Assembly (NCBI GenBank): GCA_017609645.1
Contig: JAFCDQ010000002.1
Location: 1,260-65,259 of the forward strand
DNA: 64,000 nucleotides
Direction: 5' to 3'
Source: Candidatus Woesearchaeota archaeon
GTDB lineage: Archaea; Nanobdellota; Nanobdellia; Woesearchaeales; ARS49
Part shown: positions 48,091-59,000 of the stretch, one piece after another
How positions within the stretch are numbered: position 1 is the stretch's first letter
Layout: every line of letters starts with the position of its first letter
Translations under genes and position numbers: made by a program
Notes under the pieces: generated by a model
What the model saw: only the letters and a program-made list of their open reading frames with translations
Told to the model about the DNA's origin: nothing
Database searches by the model: none

Positions 48091-49115
48091 TAGAGCCAAA
48101 GTTTGAATTATCAAAAAGCAAAGTATTGCAGCAATATGAGAAAGTAAAGTTAATGGCAGATATTGTGTCTTATAGTTCTAAAACTAATCAAATTATTACA
48201 GGGATTCTTGAAAAAGAGACAGATTGTTTGTTTAGTGTGCATTTAGTAAATGAACTAAAACACATACAAGATATGTCAAGAGCAATATTCTTAGCACAAG
48301 GATGGACACAAGAAAGCATTAAAGAATTAACAGAAAAAGGAATAAAATGGTTTGTAGTAGATAATGAACCTGACTTAGATGAATTAATCAAATTTCTAAA
48401 TGAAAATAAAGTTGAGATTAATTTATTATTAAGACTAAAACTAAAAGAAAACACAATAAGAACAGAAAGATACTATGTTTTTGGAATGAAATCAGAAATT
48501 ATAAACAAAAGAATAAAAGAATTAAGAAAACATCCAAAAATAAAACAATTAGGAATACATTTTCACAGAAAAACACAAAACATGAGTGAATGGAGCTTAG
48601 ATTATGAAATATCAAATGTAATCGAACAAGATGTTTTAGAAATGATTGACATAATCAATATTGGCGGAGGATTACCATCAGAATACGCAAACACAAATGT
48701 AGATGTAATTCAAAGTGTTTTTAACAAAATAAAAGAATTCAAACAATTTCTTAAAAAGAAAAACATCAAACTAATAATAGAACCAGGAAGATTCATAGCA
48801 GCACCTTCAGGAAAGCTAATCACAACAATACTCCAAATATATGATAATAACATAATAGTAAATGCATCAGTATATAATAGTGATATGGATGCAATACTAG
48901 TGCCAGTCAAACTATTAGTAGAAGGAGAGCTAGAAAAAGGACAGGCATATGTAATAAAAGGCATAACACCATGCTCAATGGACTTATTCAGATACAGAGT
49001 TTATCTAAACAACCCTAAAATTGGCGATAAATTAGTATTCCTGAACGCAGGAGCATATAATTTCACTACTGATTTCTGCGATTTAGAACAAATAAAAACA
49101 GAGATAATAGAGTAA
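48087..49115 (+). CDS. PLP-dependent decarboxylase of the Orn/Lys/Arg/DAP decarboxylase (alanine-racemase fold) family
   Basis: 342 aa. SYSSKTNQ (PLP-Lys motif like YAVKAN), INIGGGLP and IIEPGRFIAAPSG. ATGA overlap with dys. Confidence 0.6.
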   Translation: MIEPKFELSKSKVLQQYEKVKLMADIVSYSSKTNQIITGILEKETDCLFSVHLVNELKHIQDMSRAIFLAQGWTQESIKELTEKGIKWFVVDNEPDLDELIKFLNENKVEINLLLRLKLKENTIRTERYYVFGMKSEIINKRIKELRKHPKIKQLGIHFHRKTQNMSEWSLDYEISNVIEQDVLEMIDIINIGGGLPSEYANTNVDVIQSVFNKIKEFKQFLKKKNIKLIIEPGRFIAAPSGKLITTILQIYDNNIIVNASVYNSDMDAILVPVKLLVEGELEKGQAYVIKGITPCSMDLFRYRVYLNNPKIGDKLVFLNAGAYNFTTDFCDLEQIKTEIIE

Positions 49116-49150
49116 TATTTATATATCCCTTTTATTAACAGCTATTTAAG

Positions 49151-49894
49151 ATGAAAAAAAAGATATTAATAGGCTTTCTAATCTGTTTATTGATACTGAC
49201 AATAACAAATGCATCAGAAGAGCCTCCTGAAATGTGTACTGATTCTGACGTTGGCCCAGAAGATGGCAGAAATCCAACAGAAGAAGTCTTAACAACAAAA
49301 GGAAGCACAAAATATGGCATAAGAACATCAAAAGATATCTGTGTAAAAGGAACTGAAACAGATATGTATATGGAAGAAAGCCCTTACTTAAAAGAATTCT
49401 ATTGTGATGATAATGACCAAAGAGAATTTGTAATATTTTACTGCGGAGATTATGGATATGAAAAATGTGTTGACGGCGCTTGCATCGGCACAGGAACTGG
49501 AACAAAACCAAACCAGTACGCACAAAGAGTAATAGCTGACTGCGGCAATAAAATAAGAGAAAAAGATTTAGGAGAAGAATGCGACCCTCCAGGAAGTGTC
49601 TGTTGGGACAAAGATAATTATGGAATGTGCCAACCAGACTGCTCATGCAAATGGCATAATCCAAAAACACCAGAAGAAACCGAAGAGGAACTAGATGAAT
49701 TTGACGAAGAAGAGCAAGATGAACTAGATGAAGAAGACGAAGAAGAATTAGAATCAAAAGACGAAGAAGAAGATGAAGAAGAAGAATATTTAGGCGAAAG
49801 AAAAGACTTTGAAAATGAACCAGGAATCCAAGTAACAAAAGGAATCGCAGGATTTTTCAGAGGTATATGGGATTGGTTCATAGGATTATTTTAA
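49151..49894 (+). CDS. Secreted Cys-rich protein with poly-acidic region and hydrophobic C-terminus
   Basis: 247 aa. Signal peptide, about 18 Cys, an EEELDEFDEEEQDELDEEDEEELESKDEEEDEEEE stretch, and C-terminal GIAGFFRGIWDWFIGLF. Confidence 0.5.
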   Translation: MKKKILIGFLICLLILTITNASEEPPEMCTDSDVGPEDGRNPTEEVLTTKGSTKYGIRTSKDICVKGTETDMYMEESPYLKEFYCDDNDQREFVIFYCGDYGYEKCVDGACIGTGTGTKPNQYAQRVIADCGNKIREKDLGEECDPPGSVCWDKDNYGMCQPDCSCKWHNPKTPEETEEELDEFDEEEQDELDEEDEEELESKDEEEDEEEEYLGERKDFENEPGIQVTKGIAGFFRGIWDWFIGLF

Positions 49895-49904
49895 AAGAGG
49901 TAAG

Positions 49905-50513
49905 ATGAAAAATACAAACTGGCAGTATATTTCATACATATTTGTAATAGCATTCATAGCAACAATTATCATAGTAGCTCCAACAAACCTAACAGGCAGC
50001 GGCCACATCATAATTCATGAAGAAAAACCAAGCAGTTATGCCTATACTTTAAGAGATTGGGTCTATAAATTCTTTCAGACAGAGGGAGTTGTTTTTCCTA
50101 CAGGAACATGCTCAGACATAACAAGAGAATTCTTAAGCCAATTCTTACAAAAAGGACCTTCTGTAACAGAAAAATTTGCAACAACCGGCATACAGAGAGT
50201 ACAAAGCTTATTATTTGGCATTGAACAAGAATTTGTAGGTGCAATTGAAATGGTGCATGGAAAAGATCTTGTAGAACAACAAGGCTCTGACAGCATATTA
50301 AACTTATGGGTAGAAGGAGTTGTAAGACTGCCAAAACTTTCCAGAGCTTCTGAAATGGAAATAACAATATACGGAGAAGCAAAAGATATGTTTTATGTCA
50401 AAAAAGGCAGATTTTCAACACCAATGATAGAATGCAATTTCACAGCACTTCATGACGGTACAAGCGACTGCAAATGCTCAACAGAAAAAACATACCACTA
50501 CGTCAATGAATAA
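49905..50513 (+). CDS. Membrane-anchored hypothetical protein
   Basis: 202 aa with an N-terminal TM helix and 6 Cys. Confidence 0.45.
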   Translation: MKNTNWQYISYIFVIAFIATIIIVAPTNLTGSGHIIIHEEKPSSYAYTLRDWVYKFFQTEGVVFPTGTCSDITREFLSQFLQKGPSVTEKFATTGIQRVQSLLFGIEQEFVGAIEMVHGKDLVEQQGSDSILNLWVEGVVRLPKLSRASEMEITIYGEAKDMFYVKKGRFSTPMIECNFTALHDGTSDCKCSTEKTYHYVNE

Positions 50514-50582
50514 TTCAACTCAAGATTTTCTTTAATAATATATCGTTAACGACTATCGGAACCGAAACATTTATATATCTAA

Positions 50583-50596
50583 ATCGATATATCGAT
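50583..50596. promoter_or_regulatory. Perfect palindrome ATCGATATATCGAT between TATA (TTTATATAT ~50570) and the PadR start
   Basis: A 14-nt perfect inverted repeat 7 nt upstream of ATG 50603. TATA lies ~29 nt upstream of the ATG (leaderless arrangement). Position fits an autoregulatory operator. Confidence 0.4.
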
Positions 50597-50602
50597 AAAG
50601 AT

Positions 50603-51100
50603 ATGATACGAGGCCATCTAAAAGTCATGGTTTTAAAAGGCTTAAGTGAAAAGCCAATGACAGGCTATTCTTTAATGCGCTATATCAATGAAAAAGTAGG
50701 AATAAAACCAAGCCCTGGCTCAATGTATCCCCTGCTCAAAAACCTTGAAGAAAACAAACTCATCAAATCAAAAGAAAAAGACAGCAAAAAAGAATTCTCA
50801 TTAACAGAAAAAGGAAAAAAAATAATCAAAGAACTCTGGAAACAAAAAGATGCAATACATGAAAAAGCAATGAAAAGCATCAAAATAATGGAAACAATCA
50901 CAGGAGAAAAAAATGTTGAACACAAACTAATGGCAAGAATGAAAGAAGGAGATCCCTTCAAAGAATTAAACCCAGAATTAAGCAAATTCAGAGCAGTATT
51001 AATAGAAATGCTGAACAAAGGCAAACTTGAGAAAAATAAGAAAGAAATCAAGAAAATAGTAGCAAAAGCTCATAAAGAACTTAAAAAAATATCAAAATGA
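50603..51100 (+). CDS. PadR-family transcriptional regulator
   Basis: HLKVMVLKGLSEKPMTGYSLMRYINEKVGIKPSPGSMYPLLKNLEENKLI is a PadR winged-helix signature. Confidence 0.75.
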   Translation: MIRGHLKVMVLKGLSEKPMTGYSLMRYINEKVGIKPSPGSMYPLLKNLEENKLIKSKEKDSKKEFSLTEKGKKIIKELWKQKDAIHEKAMKSIKIMETITGEKNVEHKLMARMKEGDPFKELNPELSKFRAVLIEMLNKGKLEKNKKEIKKIVAKAHKELKKISK

Positions 51101-51163
51101 AAATTCAAAAATCTAATAAACTAGTTTGAATTTTCAATGTTCCGAATCGGAGATTTGAAACAA

Positions 51164-51871
51164 ATGACAAAGAAAAAACCAATCATAAAACTAGAAAATG
51201 TATGGAAAACATACAAAGTAGGAGAGACATTAATACATGCGTTAAGAGGATTAGATCTTGAAGTATATAAAGATGAATTCTTAGCAGTACAAGGGCCAAG
51301 TGGAAGCGGAAAAAGCACGGCAATGAACTTAATAGGCTGCCTTGATATTCCAACAAAAGGAAAAATACATCTTGACGGAAAAAACATAGCACGTCTTCAT
51401 GAATCAGACCTAGCACAAATAAGAGGGAAAAAAATAGGATTCATATTCCAGCAGTTTAATCTATTAAATACATTAACAGCACTAGAAAATGTAATGCTCC
51501 CATTAATATTTCAAGGAGTTCCCTTAACAACAAGAATGAAAAAAGCAACTGAAATGCTAAAAAAAGTAGGCTTAGGAGACAGAATGAACCACACGCCAGC
51601 ACAATTATCAGGAGGACAACAGCAAAGAGTAGCAATCGCAAGATCACTAATAGTAGATCCAGAGGTCATACTTGCAGACGAACCAACAGGCAACTTAGAC
51701 AGCAAAACAGGAAAAGAAATAATGGATTTACTTAAAGATTTGAATAAAAAAGAAAAAAAAACAGTTGTCTTAGTCACACATGACAATCATCTAGCCAAAA
51801 TGGCTGAAAGAACTGTCTTCTTAAAAGACGGCAAAATAACAAAAGAACAAAAAAAGAGGTTGAAAAAATGA
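51164..51871 (+). CDS. ABC transporter ATP-binding protein (MacB/LolD-like)
   Basis: Walker A GPSGSGKST, signature LSGGQQQRVAIAR, Walker B ILADEPTGNLD. ATG 51164 has GGAG 11 nt upstream; the track start 51137 has no SD. Confidence 0.85.
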   Translation: MTKKKPIIKLENVWKTYKVGETLIHALRGLDLEVYKDEFLAVQGPSGSGKSTAMNLIGCLDIPTKGKIHLDGKNIARLHESDLAQIRGKKIGFIFQQFNLLNTLTALENVMLPLIFQGVPLTTRMKKATEMLKKVGLGDRMNHTPAQLSGGQQQRVAIARSLIVDPEVILADEPTGNLDSKTGKEIMDLLKDLNKKEKKTVVLVTHDNHLAKMAERTVFLKDGKITKEQKKRLKK

Positions 51872-53061
51872 ATAAAAAAATAACGATATTAATACTTGCT
51901 TTGTTGATACTGACGCTGGCAATTCCCGCAAGCGCCAAACTAACGCCAGAAATAAAAGCAAGTTTACTGCGCTATGATCCTATGCCTGCTGCACAAGGAT
52001 CAACAGTAAATGTATGGCTAAAAATTACAAACTTAGGAATGCCCTCAGGCAATCTGGAAGTAAAGTTTGTTCCGGATTATCCCTTCACTTTAGCGCCGGG
52101 TGAAGATGAAATCAAACAACTTGGCGTAATGCCAAGAGCAGAAGAATTGGTAGTAGATTTTGACTTATTAGTTGACCTTTATGCAAGAAATCAAGAATAT
52201 GGCGCAAAATTCCATTACAAATGGACAGAACAGGACATGTGGACAGAATTCAAAGCACCAATAGAAATAGAAACAACTGACGCACTATTAATTGTAAGCA
52301 ATTATATATTAAACCCAAAAGAAGCAGCACCAGGAGACTTAGTAGAAGTAAAATTATTATTGAAAAATGACGGAATAAGCCCTGTTAAAACAGCAGACGT
52401 GATACTTGATACATCTGATGCAAACTTTTTCAGCACACACCAAACAGGCAACAGAAAAAGAGTCGGCTCAATAATGCCAGGAGAAAAAAAAGAAATAATA
52501 TTCAAAATAATGACAAACTCAGATGCAGAAATCAAACTACATGATCTGCCAGTAAAACTAGAATACAAAGATGAAAAAGGACAGCAATACAGCAGAACAA
52601 GCCAAATAGGAATAAAAATGAATGCTCCTCCTGAATTAATAATGTTCATTGACAGCACAGACATCCACAGCAAAAGAAGCCCAGGAACAGTAAGAGTAAA
52701 ACTGGTAAACAAAGGAGTCACACAATTAAAATATGTCACATTAAAACTAATCAAAACAGAAGAATACGACATACTATCACCAACAAATCTGGCATACATA
52801 GGAAATTTAGACAATGACGACTTTGACAGCGCAGAATTCATAATAAAGCCTTTAGAAAATGATCCAAAATTAATGTATATGCTAGAATTCAAAGATCCAT
52901 ACAACAGAAAATACACACAAGAATTCACACTGCCATTAAGAATAGTATCAAAAAGAGCATTAGGACTAGAAAAAAGCAGCCTGCCAATGGTAATCGTTCT
53001 GCTAATCATAGCAGGAATAGGTTATTGGTTTTACAAGAAAAGAAAGAAAAGGAAAAAATAA
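51868..53061 (+). CDS. Extracellular accessory protein with C-terminal TM anchor and polybasic tail
   Basis: 397 aa with signal peptide, C-terminal ...LPMVIVLLIIAGIGYWFYKKRKKRKK. Overlaps the stop of the ABC ATPase. Confidence 0.5.
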   Translation: MNKKITILILALLILTLAIPASAKLTPEIKASLLRYDPMPAAQGSTVNVWLKITNLGMPSGNLEVKFVPDYPFTLAPGEDEIKQLGVMPRAEELVVDFDLLVDLYARNQEYGAKFHYKWTEQDMWTEFKAPIEIETTDALLIVSNYILNPKEAAPGDLVEVKLLLKNDGISPVKTADVILDTSDANFFSTHQTGNRKRVGSIMPGEKKEIIFKIMTNSDAEIKLHDLPVKLEYKDEKGQQYSRTSQIGIKMNAPPELIMFIDSTDIHSKRSPGTVRVKLVNKGVTQLKYVTLKLIKTEEYDILSPTNLAYIGNLDNDDFDSAEFIIKPLENDPKLMYMLEFKDPYNRKYTQEFTLPLRIVSKRALGLEKSSLPMVIVLLIIAGIGYWFYKKRKKRKK

Positions 53062-53070
53062 ACTAAAAAA

Positions 53071-54282
53071 ATGGTTTTTGATTTCTTTACATTAGCTTTT
53101 AAGAGTTTGAAAAAGAGGCCATTGCGAACATGGCTGACTATGCTAGGCATATTCATAGGCGTAAGCCTGGTTATTTCATTAGTAAGCCTAGGACAAGGAT
53201 TACAGAATGCAGTAAATTCACAATTCTCAGCAGTCGGCATGGATAAAATAATAGTGCAACCTGTAGGCCCTGGATACGGACCTCCAGGACAAGAAGGCAG
53301 CACATTAACAGACAAAGACCTGAAAGAAATAGAACAAGTAGTTGGAGTAAAAGCAGCGGCAGGGAGAATAGTATCGTCAGTAAAAATAGAATATAACAAA
53401 TTAATGAAAATTAATTTTGTTGGAAGCATGCCAAAAGAACAAAAAGCAAGAGAATTATTAGAAGAAGCACAAAATATTGAAGTTGAAAAAGGACGAATTC
53501 TTAAACAAGGAGATTCAAAAAAAGCAATAATCGGAAATAATTATGCAACAAAAAAAATATTTGGCAAAAATTTAGAAGTAGGAAATAAAATATTAATTGG
53601 AGAAAAATCTTTTGAAATCATTGGAATAATGAAAAAATTCGGAAATCCAATGAGTGATGAAGCTATCATTCTTAATCAAGCAGACATAGAAGACATAACA
53701 GGAAAAACAGATTACAGCGCATTATTCATACAAGTTGAAAAAGGAAGTGATGTAAATTTAGTAGCTGAAAAAATAACAAGAACCTTACGAAAGAAAAAAG
53801 GACAAAAAGAAGGACATGAAGATTTTGAAGTACAAACCACCCAAGAATTAATTGACAGCTTTAACACAATTCTAATCGTAATACAAATGTTTGTAATAGG
53901 AATAGCAGGAATCAGTTTAATTGTCGGCGGCATTGGAATAATGAATACAATGTATACAAGCGTGCTTGAAAGAATAAGAGAAATAGGAGTCATGAAAGCA
54001 ATAGGTGCAAAAAACAGCGACATACTGAAATTATTTTTGATAGAAAGTGGAATGCTTGGATTAGTCGGAGGATTAGTAGGATTACTACTTGGCATGGGAT
54101 TCAGCCTAATGGTAGAATTTGGAGCAAAACAAGCACTAGGAAGCGGCATGATAGCAGCATCATTCCCATTATCTTTATTGATTGGAACAGTATTATTTTC
54201 ATTTATATTAGGCGCATTATCAGGAGTGCTGCCAGCAATGCAGGCAGCAAAAATGAAACCAGTAGATGCATTGCGAAAATAA
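53071..54282 (+). CDS. ABC transporter permease, MacB/FtsX-like
   Basis: 403 aa. N-terminal TM, large extracytoplasmic domain, C-terminal FtsX block (GIMNTMYTSVLERIREIGVMKAIGA). Confidence 0.8.
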   Translation: MVFDFFTLAFKSLKKRPLRTWLTMLGIFIGVSLVISLVSLGQGLQNAVNSQFSAVGMDKIIVQPVGPGYGPPGQEGSTLTDKDLKEIEQVVGVKAAAGRIVSSVKIEYNKLMKINFVGSMPKEQKARELLEEAQNIEVEKGRILKQGDSKKAIIGNNYATKKIFGKNLEVGNKILIGEKSFEIIGIMKKFGNPMSDEAIILNQADIEDITGKTDYSALFIQVEKGSDVNLVAEKITRTLRKKKGQKEGHEDFEVQTTQELIDSFNTILIVIQMFVIGIAGISLIVGGIGIMNTMYTSVLERIREIGVMKAIGAKNSDILKLFLIESGMLGLVGGLVGLLLGMGFSLMVEFGAKQALGSGMIAASFPLSLLIGTVLFSFILGALSGVLPAMQAAKMKPVDALRK

Positions 54283-54286
54283 AACT

Positions 54287-55513
54287 ATGATAAAAATAAA
54301 AGATTTATTTGGAATAGCGACGAAAAATCTCAAACATAGAAAAAAAAGAACTCTTCTAACTATTTTAGGAATCATCATAGGAATATCTGCTGTTGTAGCA
54401 CTAATCAGCATAGGACAAGGAATGTCACATTCCATTAACAACGAAATGGAAAAAATAGGAACAGACAAAATATTCATACAACCAAAATCTGCTACAGGAA
54501 TGACAATGAGTGCAGAAGGCGGGGCAGGAACAATAGGGAAAAAAGACCTTAATCTCGTCAAGAAAACAGCAGGAGTAAAAGAAGCAACTGGTATTTATTC
54601 TCATATGGCACAAATAGGATTTGGCAAAGAACTACAAACAGTATATTCATTTGGGTATCCAAAAAAACAATCAGAAGCCAGCTTAATGGACGAAGTGCAT
54701 ACCTGGAAAATAGAAGAAGGCAGAATGCTCAAACCAGGAGAAAAAGGAAAAGTAATAATAGGAACAGATATTGCAGAAAAATTATTTGAAAAAGACATAC
54801 AAGTTGGCAATAAAATAAATATTGAAGATCAAGTATTCAAAGTCATTGGAATATTCAAAAAAGTAGGCGATCCAGGATTAGACAAAGGAATTCTTATCTC
54901 TGAAAAAGAAATAAGAGAATTATATGATGAACCAGACTTATTCACATACTTATATGTAGAAATAACATCAAACAAAGAATTAGAACTGACTGCAGATAGA
55001 ATAGAAAGAAAAATGCGCAAAGATAGAGGATTAAAAGAAGGACAAGAAGACTTTTCAGTACAAACCCCTCTTGAAATGATGGAGATTTTTAATAATATTC
55101 TAGCCATTGTAAGCATTATATTGATAGGCATAGCTGCTATTAGTTTATTAGTAGGAGGCATAGGAATAATGAACACAATGTATACAAGTGTCTTGCAAAG
55201 AACACATGAAATAGGAATAATGAAAGCAATAGGAGCAAAAAACAGCGGCATAATGAAATTATTCTTATTAGAAAGCGGAATATTAGGCTTAGTAGGAGGA
55301 GCATTAGGTGTATTAATAGGCTTCTTGATAAGCAAAGGTGTAGAAATTTCTGCTGCGCAGGCAATGGGAACCGATATGTTAAAAGCATTTTTCCCCTGGT
55401 ATTTAATTGTCGGAGCGTTATTATTTAGTTTTATAGTCGGCACACTTTCTGGACTGCTTCCAGCAAGAAGAGCAAGCAAATTAAAACCAGTAGATGCGCT
55501 GCGTTATGAATAA
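54287..55513 (+). CDS. ABC transporter permease, MacB/FtsX-like (second paralog)
   Basis: Same architecture (GIMNTMYTSVLQRTHEIGIMKAIGA). ATG 54287 lies just after the upstream stop; the track start 54266 overlaps the previous gene. Confidence 0.8.
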   Translation: MIKIKDLFGIATKNLKHRKKRTLLTILGIIIGISAVVALISIGQGMSHSINNEMEKIGTDKIFIQPKSATGMTMSAEGGAGTIGKKDLNLVKKTAGVKEATGIYSHMAQIGFGKELQTVYSFGYPKKQSEASLMDEVHTWKIEEGRMLKPGEKGKVIIGTDIAEKLFEKDIQVGNKINIEDQVFKVIGIFKKVGDPGLDKGILISEKEIRELYDEPDLFTYLYVEITSNKELELTADRIERKMRKDRGLKEGQEDFSVQTPLEMMEIFNNILAIVSIILIGIAAISLLVGGIGIMNTMYTSVLQRTHEIGIMKAIGAKNSGIMKLFLLESGILGLVGGALGVLIGFLISKGVEISAAQAMGTDMLKAFFPWYLIVGALLFSFIVGTLSGLLPARRASKLKPVDALRYE

Positions 55514-55515
55514 AA

Positions 55516-56034
55516 TTAAAATGGCTTATAACCAAACTTTTCTAATTTATCTTTAATATCTTCATAAGACTTACCGCAAAGCATTCCGCCAGCAAGAAAT
55601 TCTTCATTCGTAACATCAACTAAACAAAAATCAGGCATTACAAACTTATCTTTTGCAGTTTCATCTTGAAATTCAAAATCAACCTCAACAAGACCTTCAA
55701 GCTCATCCTGAAAAATATCAAACTCAGCAATATTTCCATTAAAATCATAAAAATATCTAATCTTCCTTACTATTTTACCATCAAGTTTTGCAAGAGCATC
55801 AAATTCTTCTTTTGATAAATTAATTGTCTGCTCTTCATGCCGTGACTTATCTACAGAATCTAAAGGAATTTTCTTAGTCATCTCATAAACATCTCCATTT
55901 TTTCTAATCCTCAAAATAGGGTGTTCTTGAGACTTAGGAATATAAATATCAACAATCTCTTTATATTTACAATTTTTTAACCCCTCTGGAAGATATTTTA
56001 CCAAAAAAGTTCTTTCAAGTTCTATTTCTTTCAT
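55516..56034 (-). CDS. CYTH-domain (triphosphate tunnel metalloenzyme) protein
   Basis: 172 aa starting MKEIELERTFLV (the ExExK CYTH signature), with further acidic beta-strand motifs. Confidence 0.7.
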   Translation of the reverse strand: MKEIELERTFLVKYLPEGLKNCKYKEIVDIYIPKSQEHPILRIRKNGDVYEMTKKIPLDSVDKSRHEEQTINLSKEEFDALAKLDGKIVRKIRYFYDFNGNIAEFDIFQDELEGLVEVDFEFQDETAKDKFVMPDFCLVDVTNEEFLAGGMLCGKSYEDIKDKLEKFGYKPF

Positions 56035-56062
56035 AAAAGCTAGAAAAAAGCACTCATTTAAA

Positions 56063-59000
56063 TTATTTTCTTTTTCTTCTTCGTTTTACAGAAATAATGA
56101 CAAAGATCAATAAAAATATAGCTGCAATAGAAATGAATATAGTTATTAAAAGCCCGTATTCCCAAATTTCTGATTTAATTTTTGAAAGAACAACATTAAA
56201 ACCAACTGCAGAATCAATATTTGTTTGAGCAGTTTCAACAGTTTCTTCCTCAACATTTTCAGGAGCAACAACAGCAGGAAGCTCAACAACAACTTCTGTT
56301 TCTTTTTCTTCAGTTTTTTGCTCAACAACAGAAACTGCCTGATCAGAAACAGCACTGCTTCCTCCAGAATAACCAGACTTCTTACCTAAAGCATAACCAG
56401 AAAAACTATCTGCAGTAAAAATGCTTCTGCCTTCAGAACAAGAAGCATAAACAGGAGAAAAAGTATTGCCAATTGAAATAATAGCTGCTTTAGTTAGAGG
56501 CAAACCCTCTGCCCTAAAATAATTCAAATTACAATAAGTAACACCCGAACCAACATCTAAAGTAACATTAGCAGGAGAATTAAAACTCACTGCCTTAGAA
56601 CCATTTAAAGAAACAAAATAATTATTTAATATAACATTCCAATTCGTGAATAAACTATCATTAACATTTGAAAGAGAAGCATAAGCAATCTTACCAACAC
56701 TAGCACCTATGCCAAAAACAAAATTAGACAAATTAACAGAAGCATTAGGCAAAGCAACAAAAGAATTACTATTAGAATTAAACAAACTAACATTCTCAAA
56801 AACAACATTATTCAAAACTTTCTTAGGCGGAGATAACTTTGCAGCATACCATTGACGATTACCAGGACTATTATCCTGACCTCCTATAATATAATCACCT
56901 TCAAGATCCACTGCCGCAGCTCTAAGATCTATCATTCCTCCACCAGCAGGATTTGTAGTCCAATTCCATAAAGTATTACCTTTGCTGTCAATCATCACAG
57001 CACGTAATGCCGCATCTCCTACAAGATTTTGAAAACCAACAACAATATAATTATTATTTTGATCAACAGCAATATCATTAAGACCATCCAAACCTGCAGA
57101 AGGATTCTGAGTCCAATTCCAAATCAAATTACCTGCTTTACTTATTTTTACAACACGAAACTGAAAATCAGCACCTCCTGGAGAAGCATCATATCCTGCA
57201 ACAACATAATTACCATCTTGATCAACAGCCAAGCCAGCAATTTGATCATCACCTGCAGAAGGATTTTGTGTCCAATTCCACACTGTTGTACCGTCGCTGG
57301 TTATTTTTACAACCCGCCAAGAAGTGTCTGCCGCACCTTCCACTCTGTCAAAACCAGCAAGAATATAATTATTTTCCTGATCAACTGCAACTGCTTTTAT
57401 TCTATCATGATTTACTGAAGGATTTTGTGTGTAATTCCATATAACATTACCATTAGAATCTAATTTAATAACACGAAACTGTTCAACACCAGGAGTTCTA
57501 TCACTTCCTCCAACAATATAATTATTATCTTTATCGACAGCAACAGAATAAGCCGAGTCGTCACCAACAGAAGGATCTTGAGTAAAATTCCATAAAGTAA
57601 CACCTTGACTACTAACTTTTACAACACGAATTTGCTCATTATCATTTTGTTGACCACAAACAACATAATTATTATCTTGATCAATAGCTAAATCTTGTTC
57701 TTCGTCATCATTATTTGTAATATTTTGAGACCAATTCCACAAAACATTACTATCCTTATTAAGTTTCACCATACGCCAAAATTGTTTGCCAGGATCTTCT
57801 TCACCAAAGAAAACATAATAACCTTCTTGATCAACTTCTATAGCTACAATAGGCTCTCCTCCTCCTGCTTGAGGATTCTGAGTCCAATTCCATTCAGTAA
57901 TTGGCATAACATTAGATTGTATATCAACAACATTCAAACCTGTTGCAAAATTATTGAAAATACAATTCTGAACTTTTGAGTTATTATGAATACTTAAAAC
58001 AGAACTACCTAAATTAATATAATTTCTAATCGTCGAACTATTACAATTTAAAATATAAGAACCATTAAAGATGAAAAAATCATGAATAGCTCTATTCTCA
58101 TAAGTATCTCTGCACAAAGTAATATTATCATTAATTATAAAAGAATTATTATCATTAGAAACATTAAACATTTTATTAAAGATGCTGGAAGTAAAAGTAG
58201 AAACATTAGACAAATTAACACAACCATCATAAACAAACCTTGAAGCATAACCTGAAAAAGAATTCACAGTTGTAAAAGTAGCAATCGAACCTAAACAAGA
58301 TTTAACACTAGGATAAACAACTGATCCGCTGTTGATAATACCTGCTCTCGTCGTATATAAACCCTTAGCTTTATACAAATCAACAAAACAACCAGTTGTA
58401 TTAGTTTCCAAAACAATATCAGCAGTCACATTAAACAAAAAAGCATCTGTCTTAGAAGAATTCAAACTAACAAAATCAGGACGCAAGAAAATATTCCAAT
58501 TAGTGAAAATACTGCCATTAATATCAGTAAGAGAAGAATAAGTAATCTTGCCGACAGTAGAATTATAACCAATAGTAAAGTTAGTAAGGGTAGCAGAAGC
58601 ATTATTCAAACCAACAAAACCAGTACTATTTGTATTAAAAAAAGAAACATTCTCAAAAACAACACCAGTCATAACTTTCTTAGGAGGAGACAACTTAACC
58701 ATACGCCATTCGCCATTACCCCCTCCTAATACTGAATCATAACCTGCAACAAAATAATTACCATCTAAATCAATAGCAATAGAATAAGAAATATCAGAAT
58801 TAGCAGAAGGATTTTGAGACCAATTCCACAAAGTATTAGAATTAACATCTAATTTAGTAACACCCCAACCATCATTACCTGAAGAATCATCAGCACCAGT
58901 GAAAAGATAATTATTATCCTGATCAACAGAAACATCCAAAAGAGTATCTAAAGTAAAAGCACCTATTCCTGGATTTGTAGTCCAATTCCACAAAGTATTT

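Noticed and set aside
49146-49838. 230-aa ORF on the minus strand opposite the Cys-rich acidic protein, and similar Leu/Phe-rich antisense ORFs (5663..5956+, 13481..13966-, 31336..31935-, 33272..33860, 47513..48001-, 52302..53009-, 53712..54149-, 54829..55479-, 57029..59476+)
   Set aside because: Poly-Leu/Phe/Ser low-complexity translations typical of the antisense strand of AT-rich or acidic coding regions. All lie inside stronger sense-strand genes.
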